Made by a program: the position numbers and the translations under genes | From: an uncultured Candidatus Saccharibacteria bacterium | Lineage (GTDB): Bacteria; Patescibacteriota; Saccharimonadia; Saccharimonadales; AWTP1-31 | NCBI GenBank assembly: GCA_964634445.1 | Contig: CAZWJA010000003.1 | Location: 24,019 to 88,018, forward strand | Length of the DNA: 64,000 nucleotides | Reading direction: 5' to 3' | Part shown: positions 7,697 through 15,905 of the stretch, in pieces | Numbering within the stretch: the stretch's first letter is position 1 | How the letters are laid out: every line of letters starts with the position of its first letter | The notes under the pieces: model-generated | Database searches by the model: none | What the model saw: the letters and a program-made list of their open reading frames with translations, nothing else | Told to the model about the DNA's origin: nothing

Positions 7697-9515
7697 AAAA
7701 CGTCAAAAGGTACTGCTACCAAAGGACAAACAGCTTGAGACTGAGCAAAAGTTAGCCAAGCGTAAAGCTGAAAATCCTGACGTGTATACCCTGCCCGTCA
7801 GTAAGCGTAGCGTCCAAGACCTAACCGAATACTTTGTACGAGTTGAAGAGGGTGCAAACCGCATATTGCCCAAAGAGAAACGCCGTTACGTGGTGTATCT
7901 GCGTAAGTCTACTGATGATGAAGCCAAGCAGGTACGGTCACTGGAAGACCAACGAGCCGAGTGCCTAGAACTAGCTCACAGGCTTAAAATAACAGTAGAC
8001 GAACGGGACATACTTGAAGAAAGTGCTTCTGCAAAAATATCAGGCAACAGACCCATATTTGACGATATGATTATGGGCTTTAAGACAGGTAAGTATCACG
8101 GGCTAATTGCTTGGTCACCAGACCGCATATCACGCAATATGAAAGAAGCTGGCGAGGTCATAGAAATGATTGACCAAGAGCAAATACAAGACTTGCAATT
8201 CAAGACCTACCAGTTTGAGAACAACCCGAACGGCAAAATGCTACTAGGCATACTGTTTGCCACATCTAAGCAGTATTCTGACAAATTGTCAGTGGACGTA
8301 AGCAGAGGCATTACAGGCAATATCAAGGACGGTAAGTACACGGGTGTTACCAAAAAGGGTTACTACGTAGACAAAAGTACGGGCTACTTTATGCCAGACG
8401 GTTATAACTGGGACTTGCTGCGTGAAGCAGTCAATATGAGACTGTATCAGGGTAAAAACAATATAGAGATTGCTGACTTCTTGAATAAATCACATCTAGG
8501 TGTCAGAAAAGACCAAGACGAAGACCACGCAATGGTCAAAGTAGACAAGCAAATGGTAGGCGATATTTTTGCCGACCCGTTTTATTTTGGCTTGTATCAG
8601 TACGGTAAGAACTTGGCTGATTTGACTGAACTGTACGACTTCCTGCCATTGCTTACACCCGACGAACATATTCAGCTTAATCAAGGCATAGCAAGTAGTT
8701 TTGGTGTTAAATATGCTGGCAAAGCCGTACAAAATAAACGCCTAGACTACGGACTGTTACGAGGCAAGGTCATTTGTGATTACTGCGACACCATAATGCA
8801 GTTTCAGCACCAGGAAATTAAGCGTGGTAAAAACAAAGGTCGCTGGCTGATTAGCTTCTACTGCCGAAACAAGGACTGCCAACGCTACAAGGACGAAGAG
8901 AACGCCAAAGCAGGTATAAAGCTCAAGAAGAGTGTACGAGCTGGCATTGTAATGGCTCATATAGAGTGGACACTGCGTAACTGTACTAAGAAAAGCAAAC
9001 AGGCGTATAGGCAGTACATTGACAGGTTGAGCGTCAGATTGGCTCAGGACACGGCGATTGCTAAACGTAAGCTATCAGAAGCCAAGACCGACCTGCGAAC
9101 CAATGAAAAGCAGTATGCGAGGTATCAGGACTTTCAGATTAAGCACCCTGCTGATTACAAGAAGCACCATACTGGCAAGCTGGAACATCACCAGCAACTT
9201 ATAAACGTAGCCAAGCACAACATTAATAAGAGCGAGGACGAACTGAAACGGTTGAGTGCTGGACTGCCTACCGAGAAAGAGTTTTACGAACTTGTTAAAT
9301 CGTATCTGGTGACGCTACTGAAAACGACTGATTTAATGGAACAAGACGCTGTGTGTAACGAGCTGGTGTTGAACCTACGAGTAGCAAACGACGCTGTATC
9401 TGTTATAAAGCTAAATCCACCATACAATATGCTGGTGGATTTAACGAAAATATCTACTGGTCGGGGTGAAAGGACTCGAACCTTCGACCTGACGGTCCCA
9501 AACCGTCCGCGCTAG
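7674..9515 (+). CDS. Large serine recombinase 2 (3' end reads into tRNA-Pro)
   Basis: Contains YVVYLRKSTDDEAKQVRSLEDQ and AWSPDRISRN, plus a zinc ribbon CDYCDTIM ... FYCRNKDCQRY and a coiled coil. It has a Lys/Arg-rich 70-aa N-terminal extension. The last ~19 codons are the antisense of tRNA-Pro. Confidence 0.9.
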   Translation: MPDKKPRKKRQKVLLPKDKQLETEQKLAKRKAENPDVYTLPVSKRSVQDLTEYFVRVEEGANRILPKEKRRYVVYLRKSTDDEAKQVRSLEDQRAECLELAHRLKITVDERDILEESASAKISGNRPIFDDMIMGFKTGKYHGLIAWSPDRISRNMKEAGEVIEMIDQEQIQDLQFKTYQFENNPNGKMLLGILFATSKQYSDKLSVDVSRGITGNIKDGKYTGVTKKGYYVDKSTGYFMPDGYNWDLLREAVNMRLYQGKNNIEIADFLNKSHLGVRKDQDEDHAMVKVDKQMVGDIFADPFYFGLYQYGKNLADLTELYDFLPLLTPDEHIQLNQGIASSFGVKYAGKAVQNKRLDYGLLRGKVICDYCDTIMQFQHQEIKRGKNKGRWLISFYCRNKDCQRYKDEENAKAGIKLKKSVRAGIVMAHIEWTLRNCTKKSKQAYRQYIDRLSVRLAQDTAIAKRKLSEAKTDLRTNEKQYARYQDFQIKHPADYKKHHTGKLEHHQQLINVAKHNINKSEDELKRLSAGLPTEKEFYELVKSYLVTLLKTTDLMEQDAVCNELVLNLRVANDAVSVIKLNPPYNMLVDLTKISTGRGERTRTFDLTVPNRPR

Positions 9516-9534
9516 CCAACTGCGCCACACCCCG
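9458..9534 (-). tRNA. tRNA-Pro (anticodon UGG), CCA encoded
   Basis: Manual cloverleaf: acceptor CGGGGTG/CACCCCG, D arm GCGC-AGTTGGCTA-GCGC, anticodon arm GACGG-TTTGGGA-CCGTC, variable AGGTC, T arm GAAGG-TTCGAGT-CCTTT (one G.U pair), discriminator A, then CCA. Total 77 nt. Confidence 0.9.
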
Positions 9535-9571
9535 ATACCCGGGTAATTTTAACAGATTGAATGTTATTTTA

Positions 9572-10210
9572 CTATACCTCTATCTCTATGCTTTCCCCGT
9601 CAACGGGTCGGATAATTCTTGTGTCTGTATTCTTGAATACATCTTCAAGACGGTTATAGACATGGTTTCGCCATTCATCATTCCACATCCAATCGTGAAT
9701 CGGAATAATATACTTTGGCTTTAATTCCAGTCCTAATTCAAAAGCCCGGATAGTAGTACCCCATGGAGCTTGCACAGGTAGCAGTAAAACGTCTTTAGTT
9801 TCATTAAAATCATGGGTATCACCTGGACCTGTTACCTTGCCGAATATATTTACGATTAAGTTTTGGACTTGGACGCCAAAAGGAACGACTTTGGCATGGT
9901 CTACTGTCTTAACTTCAACTACATCTGTCGACTGGTCGCTGACGTTTATTACACCCAACGATTTAAGATCGTCAAAAGCATCAGCCGGGGCAAGCCACCG
10001 TACGTCTGGTTGTAGTTCGACAATTGCTTTTACGAATGGCTCACCAAGATGGTCGGCGTGTTTATGAGTCACAATAACAGCATCTAACTTAGGAAACTTG
10101 GAAACTTCTATTATACCGCTGTTCCAACTAAATATTCCCGGGTCAATTAGAATTACTTTTCCTGCCTCTTCAATTAAGACGCACGAATGGACTAGCTTTG
10201 TGATTTTCAT
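9572..10210 (-). CDS. MBL-fold metallo-hydrolase
   Basis: HxHxDH motif (VTHKHADHLG), an N-terminal beta-lactamase-fold pattern (KLVHSCVLIE) and a C-terminal His (IPIHDW). Confidence 0.8.
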   Translation of the reverse strand: MKITKLVHSCVLIEEAGKVILIDPGIFSWNSGIIEVSKFPKLDAVIVTHKHADHLGEPFVKAIVELQPDVRWLAPADAFDDLKSLGVINVSDQSTDVVEVKTVDHAKVVPFGVQVQNLIVNIFGKVTGPGDTHDFNETKDVLLLPVQAPWGTTIRAFELGLELKPKYIIPIHDWMWNDEWRNHVYNRLEDVFKNTDTRIIRPVDGESIEIEV

Positions 10211-10212
10211 AT

Positions 10213-10407
10213 CTAGTCTTTCCCAAAGGGGTTATCTCTAACTACCTGGCTGCCAATTCCAGCAATCATACCGAGCAAAAAGATAATGAAAGCAATTGTT
10301 AATTTGGCCAATATTGCGAAAACTATTCCAGTTGCTATCAATATTAGAGCTGAAGCTAGCAGCTGCTTGGCAAGGTTGGGTTTTGGAGGAATATCGAACT
10401 TTGCCAT
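10213..10407 (-). CDS. Small membrane protein
   Basis: 64 aa with two hydrophobic helices. It is tightly packed between its neighbours (2-nt gaps). Confidence 0.45.
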   Translation of the reverse strand: MAKFDIPPKPNLAKQLLASALILIATGIVFAILAKLTIAFIIFLLGMIAGIGSQVVRDNPFGKD

Positions 10408-10409
10408 TT

Positions 10410-10736
10410 TCAGTACCCGCTTGGAATTCCAGATTTAGCAGGTACTTTTTCTGCCCTTGTTAAGAGTCTTCTATATTCTAAATTACGAGATGAAATGTCT
10501 AATTCCAATGATTCTAATAGACTAGCAAACCCGTCTAGCGTATTTGTTTGTCGATCAATGCTTTTTTCAAGTTTTGTAACATTTTCTTCAAGTTGATTAA
10601 ATCTATGATCAACATTAATAGCCAACTGATTTATAACGTCTGTTAAATCATCAACTATTTTATTGCTGAGATCTTTTCCAAAGTCTATCAAGTCGCTTTT
10701 ACTTACATAGTCGGTTTGAGAATTTTTTACTGCCAT
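10410..10736 (-). CDS. Hypothetical coiled-coil protein (tail motif AK.G....Y)
   Basis: Heptad-like helical sequence. The C-terminal ...AEKVPAKSGIPSGY resembles the tail of the ORF at 41261..41500. Confidence 0.45.
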   Translation of the reverse strand: MAVKNSQTDYVSKSDLIDFGKDLSNKIVDDLTDVINQLAINVDHRFNQLEENVTKLEKSIDRQTNTLDGFASLLESLELDISSRNLEYRRLLTRAEKVPAKSGIPSGY

Positions 10737-10783
10737 CGTAAGAATATATTACGCCTTAAGTTATTCTCAAACAATTGTATTAT

Positions 10784-12298
10784 CTACTTGGCGAATTCAA
10801 TTGCCCGGGTTTCTCGAATAACATTCACTTTGATAGTACCTGGGTACTGCATAGTGCTTTCAATCTTGTTGGCAATGTCTCGAGCTAGTCGGATTGCACT
10901 TAGGTCATCTACATTCTGAGGTTTTACGAAAACTCTGACTTCTCGTCCAGCACTAATGGCGTAGCTCTTATCGATGCCTTCGAAACCGTTGGCAATATTT
11001 TCTAGTTCCTTCATTCTTTCGCCGAAATTCTCAGCGCTTATGTTTCGGGCGCCAGGACGTGATGCGCTAATCGCATCTACCACTCGGACAATGACTGCCT
11101 CTACGCTGGTCGCTTCGACGTCGTCGTGATGCTGCTCGGCTGCTAATGCAACTGCCTCGGGCGCACCGTACTTACGCAGCATTTCCCCACTAATATGGTG
11201 GTGCTTGCCCTCTATCTTATGAGTTAAAGCTTTGCCTAAGTCGTGGACTAGAGCCGCGTACTTGGCAATCCGGACATCTGCGCCGACTTCTTCGGCGATA
11301 ACACCGGCAATATGGGCCATCTCAGTACTGTGCTTCAGAACGTTCTGTCCATAGCTAGTCCGGTATTTAAGTTCACCGAGAAGCTGAAGTACTTCCTTTG
11401 GTATTCCAATTACTCCGACTTCACGAGCTGCATCTTCTCCAGCCCGGATAACATCTTTCTGGACATTCTTCTGAGCCTTTTCTACGACTTCTTCTATTCT
11501 TCCTGGATGTACTCGTCCGTCTTTTAACAACAGCTCAAGAGCTTGTCTTGCGACTTCACGCCTAACAGGATCAAACGAACTTAGGATGATCATACCAGGC
11601 GTGTCGTCGACCATGATGTCGACACCGGTGGCCCGCTGCAGCGACTGGATATTACGGCCTTCCTTGCCAATGATTCGGCCCTTCATTTCTTCGTCTTCTA
11701 ATTTGACAGCTGTTACCGTTCGCTCTGCTGTCACTTCACTAGCCATCCTCTCCATAGCAGAAGTCAGGATAACGGCCGCTTTTTCTTCTGCATTGTCTTT
11801 AGCCTCATTCTGCAATTTGTTTACAAGACCAAGAAGATCATTTTTGATATCGCGTTCAGTCATCTTGATAAGCTTCTCTGCTGCTTCTTCTTTCGTCAGC
11901 TTAGCGACTTTTTCCAGCTTTTCAGTCTGGCGTTTTCGGATATCACGAATCTCATTCTTAAGTTCCTCTAATTCGTCTTCGCCTTTACGCAGTGCATCTC
12001 CGCGCTTGTCTAATTGGTCAAGCTTCTTATCTAACGACTCCTGCCGGTCTAACAATTTCTGTTCAATTTCTTTAATTTCACGCCGTCTTGTCTGCTCGTC
12101 TTTACGGGCAGCATCGGCCATCTTGTTGGCTTCCTCACGGGCATCGCTAATAGCTTTTTCTGCTTCCTTGCGGGCTTTCTTGAGTTCCTTTTCAGCTGCA
12201 TCCTGAGCTGTTCCTATTTTTCTTTTGCTTGAATACGTACTGGCACCAAAGCCAATACCAAGCCCAGCCAATGCTAGTACAATGGTTATCGGGTCCAT
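10784..12298 (-). CDS. rny: Ribonuclease Y
   Basis: N-terminal transmembrane helix, a long charged coiled coil, a KH domain (GRIIGKEGRNIQ) and an HD domain (HDLGKA ... HH). Confidence 0.92.
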   Translation of the reverse strand: MDPITIVLALAGLGIGFGASTYSSKRKIGTAQDAAEKELKKARKEAEKAISDAREEANKMADAARKDEQTRRREIKEIEQKLLDRQESLDKKLDQLDKRGDALRKGEDELEELKNEIRDIRKRQTEKLEKVAKLTKEEAAEKLIKMTERDIKNDLLGLVNKLQNEAKDNAEEKAAVILTSAMERMASEVTAERTVTAVKLEDEEMKGRIIGKEGRNIQSLQRATGVDIMVDDTPGMIILSSFDPVRREVARQALELLLKDGRVHPGRIEEVVEKAQKNVQKDVIRAGEDAAREVGVIGIPKEVLQLLGELKYRTSYGQNVLKHSTEMAHIAGVIAEEVGADVRIAKYAALVHDLGKALTHKIEGKHHHISGEMLRKYGAPEAVALAAEQHHDDVEATSVEAVIVRVVDAISASRPGARNISAENFGERMKELENIANGFEGIDKSYAISAGREVRVFVKPQNVDDLSAIRLARDIANKIESTMQYPGTIKVNVIRETRAIEFAK

Positions 12299-12506
12299 GT
12301 CACTCCCTTTCTATATTTGCAGAAACAAGTGGCATCACTATCACTTCATTAGCCGCATGTTATCTGTTGTTTCGAATTTTAATAATTTCTGAATGTTGGT
12401 AGATGCCTTGAATAAACGCACTATCCTAAACATAATAATAGCATATTTGCCTTAAATATAGTTTATGTTATTGTAATTTTTCTGCTTTTAAAACTAACCG
12501 TAAATA

Positions 12507-12899
12507 TTACTTGCGCGGTTTTGTAATATGAACCGGTGCGCCGTATTCGGGTAATACCAGCTCGTCATTTTCGTTGTTCATGAGCGTGTCGATACCGTCT
12601 ATGGTCCAGTCGCTGCCGTTTGTGCCGACTATTGGAATATTGTTTTGGAAGGCAATAGTATTAGCCACACTTATACTGATTCGAAGTCCCGTAAAGCTGC
12701 CTGGACCTTTATAACAAATTATTCCGTCAATATCGCTCCAGGTTATCTTATGGCTATCTAGTAGTTTTTTAATTTTCAAGTGAATAGTCTCAGCTAGCTG
12801 CCTGTGTGCTTGCCACTTTTCATAAGCCAGCTTTTCCGTGTCATCAAATAGGCCTACTTCTGCTTCCGGTTTATCACCCCTAATAGTTAGTATTATCAT
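12507..12899 (-). CDS. tsaB: tRNA t6A37 biosynthesis protein TsaB (short form)
   Basis: The GPGSFTGLRISISVAN motif is present and tsaE is adjacent. At 130 aa it is shorter than the canonical ~230 aa. Confidence 0.7.
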   Translation of the reverse strand: MIILTIRGDKPEAEVGLFDDTEKLAYEKWQAHRQLAETIHLKIKKLLDSHKITWSDIDGIICYKGPGSFTGLRISISVANTIAFQNNIPIVGTNGSDWTIDGIDTLMNNENDELVLPEYGAPVHITKPRK

Positions 12900-13363
12900 T
12901 ATATTTCTTCCATTAAGTAGTTCAGATCTTGGGGAATTCTTATTGAAATCTCCCGATTATTTTCACCGGTTGATTTGATATTTACTTTTAGTCTACTGTC
13001 CGGCAATACGTCCTTAATTATATCGGCCCATTCAACCACTACGACCGCTTTAGGATCGGACAAGCCTTCTTCCAACTCGTGCCTGATTATTCCTGGATCG
13101 CTTAGTCGGTAAAAGTCGTAGTGGTAGATAGTCAGGTCTTTAGCTTTGTACTGCTTGCAGATCATAAAAGTCGGGCTAGCAACAATATCTTTGCTGCCAG
13201 CTCCTTTTGCCAGCCCCCTGACAAAAGTAGTCTTGCCGCCGCCGAGGTCGCTAGTAAGTTCAATGACTTCACCGCCGGTAAGCTTCCTGCCTAGTTTTTC
13301 ACCTAGGTTTTCGGATTCGTCTGAGCTTGTGGTAGAAATTGAATAAGTCTTGTCGGTATTCAT
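12899..13363 (-). CDS. tsaE: tRNA t6A37 ATPase TsaE
   Basis: P-loop [23 protein letters not shown] and the HYDFYRL motif. The start is moved to MNTDKTY (ATG at 13363). The track's 45 upstream codons overlap the preceding gene and look non-coding. Confidence 0.85.
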   Translation of the reverse strand: MNTDKTYSISTTSSDESENLGEKLGRKLTGGEVIELTSDLGGGKTTFVRGLAKGAGSKDIVASPTFMICKQYKAKDLTIYHYDFYRLSDPGIIRHELEEGLSDPKAVVVVEWADIIKDVLPDSRLKVNIKSTGENNREISIRIPQDLNYLMEEI

Positions 13364-14564
13364 ATGCCCCGTATAGTACAGCCAAGCCGCCGACTCCTGC
13401 AAGTACCCCTGAATGCATAGTTGCCTTAGCTGGCAGATTTGTAGCATCGGATAGTACAGACCCCGCTTTCTTGGCCGCCTGCGATTTCTTACTGGCAACT
13501 TTTGGTTTTGCCTTGGTACTGGTTTTTGTTTTAGCCGCCTTATCAGTCTTAGCCTCTTTTGTGCTCGCGCCGACTAACGGTTCGCTGATTACATTAGCCG
13601 AGTTTGGTGTGACTGAAGAAGTCCATTTCCATGTGCCATTGTCCAACGCCCATGAGCTGCCGGCTGGTGCTGATGCATATCTGGAAGTTTCGAATGAGGC
13701 AGTGCCGTCCGGCCGAAGCAGTTTGGCTTTGCCCTCGGTGTTAGCCAAAGTAAGTTTTGTTTCGGTTATGTAATATGCATGGTACGAATTAGCAGCAATT
13801 TCCTGATCCTTGAAGGTAAAAGAATGGTTCAGTGTTGCACCAGTCATTAGCTTGTATCCAGTCAGCTTTACTGGTACGTCGTACGGGTTATATAGTTCAA
13901 TAAACTCGCCGTTTGCATCTGTTGCTGGCTTAGCCGGATGAGGCAAAAGCTCGCTAATTTCAATGTCGTAGATACCACTTCCAGAGATTAAATTCTCTGA
14001 TGGTATATTACCAGTTTCTATTAGCGTGAAATCAGCCGAATTATTCTGACTATTCACATAGTCTCCATTAGAGTCCTTATTCCTATTTAAAATCTGGCCA
14101 GGAGACATAGCAGACGCAGGAGTACCAAGCGGTTGCAAGGCAGTTCCCCAGCCGACTAGATCTTCTTGGGTAGAGCTAATATTTCTAACTAATCTGACCT
14201 GCCCGCCGGCTGCAGCTAATGTCGGACTAAAACTGAAGTTAGAACTAGAGGTCATATAACCACTGCTGGTAGCGGTAAGAAAAGACTTTGCTCCTATTAC
14301 CCCGCTAAGTAGAATAGTCCGGGTAGGCGAATTAAAATCCTTGGCTGTTGCCGGGTAATATTCCAATTTCCAACCGTTTAAATCTGTTGGACTTGATCCA
14401 GAATTATATATTTCAATAAATTCTTCGCTCGCCGAAGCAGAACTGCCAGCCTGAATTTTAGTAATTTTTAAGCCGGATGCTGCCTGAACATTACTGCCAG
14501 CTGCAAGCGATATACCTAAAACAATAGCAGTTAGCAGACCAATTACCCCTTTGACCCTCATCAT
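13299..14564 (-). CDS. Secreted, C-terminally anchored protein with two lamin-tail (LTD) domains
   Basis: It has a signal peptide. There are two LTD signatures ([20 protein letters not shown] and [20 protein letters not shown]). A K/A/T-rich linker and a C-terminal transmembrane helix ([15 protein letters not shown]) follow. Confidence 0.7.
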   Translation of the reverse strand: MMRVKGVIGLLTAIVLGISLAAGSNVQAASGLKITKIQAGSSASASEEFIEIYNSGSSPTDLNGWKLEYYPATAKDFNSPTRTILLSGVIGAKSFLTATSSGYMTSSSNFSFSPTLAAAGGQVRLVRNISSTQEDLVGWGTALQPLGTPASAMSPGQILNRNKDSNGDYVNSQNNSADFTLIETGNIPSENLISGSGIYDIEISELLPHPAKPATDANGEFIELYNPYDVPVKLTGYKLMTGATLNHSFTFKDQEIAANSYHAYYITETKLTLANTEGKAKLLRPDGTASFETSRYASAPAGSSWALDNGTWKWTSSVTPNSANVISEPLVGASTKEAKTDKAAKTKTSTKAKPKVASKKSQAAKKAGSVLSDATNLPAKATMHSGVLAGVGGLAVLYGAYEYRQDLFNFYHKLRRIRKPR

Positions 14565-14687
14565 GAAATAAATATACGACTGTATTTAGATTGTTGCAAC
14601 ATATTTAATATATAAACACAAGTACTTTCAATTATCTCGTAGTATGCTCATTTGTAGAATTTTTTAGAACAAAATAATCAGTATTTA

Positions 14688-15905
14688 TTACTGATCATCT
14701 CGGAGAGCATCTACCGGACTAATTTTTTCAGCTCTACGCGCCGGAAAGTATGAAACACCTAGTCCTACTACAATCATGAATATGATCAAGATAATAGGTA
14801 ACCACCATGGCACTGAAATAATTGAAAAAGTCTCGTTAAAACCACGACGAGCTACAACAGTTTTCATAACTAGATTGATGAGTATGCCTCCAAAAACCGC
14901 TAATAATATACCTAGCATCGAGCCGATTACTGATAGCAGAATACTTTCATAGATAAATAATCTACGAATATCTCGGTTACGTACACCTAGTGCAATCATA
15001 AGTCCTATTTCTCTCGTTCTTTCAAGCAGTGAGATAGTTAAGGTATTAAACATTCCTAAAATAGCTACTAGCATACCAATTGACCCGAAGCCAATAAGTA
15101 TTATATTTATATAATTAAAAAGTTTACTGATTTGCTGAATAGTGTCTAATGGCGAAGTTGTTATAAAACCTAAACTTTCTATTTTGCTGCGTATTTCAGA
15201 AATATTATCTATATTATCAGCAACAACTTTTATTTGTGAATAATTTGTAACTTTATTAGCATCGAACAAACTACGAGGTATAAAAACCTCACTTCCACTT
15301 CCAGAATCGGTAACACCTATAACTTTGTATTTTTGAGAGACTTCCTGAACGGAATCAGCCTTTTCTATAAACACAATCAGTTCCATAGTCTTACCGATTG
15401 CTTGATCTGCTCCAATTCCAAGGATTTCTAATCCAGCACTATTAATTACTACTCTATCGGTCTCCTCATTAGCGAAAAACTTTCCTTTTATTAAGTCAAG
15501 ACTGGCAATTGAATGATACGATTCATCGACACCGTAAACTATAGTATCGGTTTCACTACCGTTTAGCTTTATGGTACCTGAACTATCAAAGCTGCCACCT
15601 ACATGATCGACGTTAGGTAGGTTTTTAATTTTTTCAGAATTTTGTTGATCAATTTTAATTATTGCCGAATTAGGACTTGTTACATCTAGAGTCTTGACAG
15701 ATTGACTCCCTATAATTTCATGAGTTACTAGATTTTGCAAGCCCAAACCAAGCGACAGTAGGAAAAATATTGAGCCTATGCCCACAGTCACACCGGCAAT
15801 TGTAAGGAGAGTACGAAGTTTTTTGAACTTCAGGTTACTCCAGGCCATAAAAAAGCTAATTTGCTTAGAAACTGCCGTAAAGGATTTTTTAAATTCGGGT
15901 TGCAT
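14688..15905 (-). CDS. ABC transporter permease, FtsX/MacB type
   Basis: N-terminal transmembrane helix, a large extracytoplasmic domain, then three C-terminal helices of the FtsX-like fold. Overlaps the ATPase gene by 17 nt. Confidence 0.85.
   Translation of the reverse strand: MQPEFKKSFTAVSKQISFFMAWSNLKFKKLRTLLTIAGVTVGIGSIFFLLSLGLGLQNLVTHEIIGSQSVKTLDVTSPNSAIIKIDQQNSEKIKNLPNVDHVGGSFDSSGTIKLNGSETDTIVYGVDESYHSIASLDLIKGKFFANEETDRVVINSAGLEILGIGADQAIGKTMELIVFIEKADSVQEVSQKYKVIGVTDSGSGSEVFIPRSLFDANKVTNYSQIKVVADNIDNISEIRSKIESLGFITTSPLDTIQQISKLFNYINIILIGFGSIGMLVAILGMFNTLTISLLERTREIGLMIALGVRNRDIRRLFIYESILLSVIGSMLGILLAVFGGILINLVMKTVVARRGFNETFSIISVPWWLPIILIIFMIVVGLGVSYFPARRAEKISPVDALRDDQ

Larger units (their letters stand above)
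98..9457. mobile_element. Putative integrated element(s): two large serine recombinases, Xis-like HTH and accessory cargo, abutting tRNA-Pro
   Basis: The right end is set at the tRNA-Pro 3' end, where similarity between the two recombinases stops. The left end is not resolvable: serine recombinases leave no long direct repeat. It may lie anywhere between 98 and ~2000, or outside the window. Confidence 0.5.

Noticed and set aside
11586-12206. 206-aa Ser-rich ORF on the plus strand (and 11312..11527).
   Set aside because: It lies entirely antisense to the well-supported rny gene. The Ser/Leu/Phe-rich low-complexity translation is typical of a shadow ORF opposite a Lys/Glu-rich coiled-coil coding region.
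12899-13498. Long N-terminal extensions in the ORF track for tsaE (12899..13498), rimK (45712..46704), comEC (39570..41057), the kinase (59455..60114), the KAP NTPase (288..1604), the HD protein (41552..) and the response regulator (43597..).
   Set aside because: The extensions overlap upstream genes or lack family similarity. Internal ATGs at the start of the conserved domains, several with SD-like sequences, fit better, so the coordinates were trimmed.
13339-13773. 144-aa plus-strand ORF.
   Set aside because: It is antisense to the LTD protein and tsaE genes and has no motif. It is a shadow frame of the K/A/T-rich linker region.
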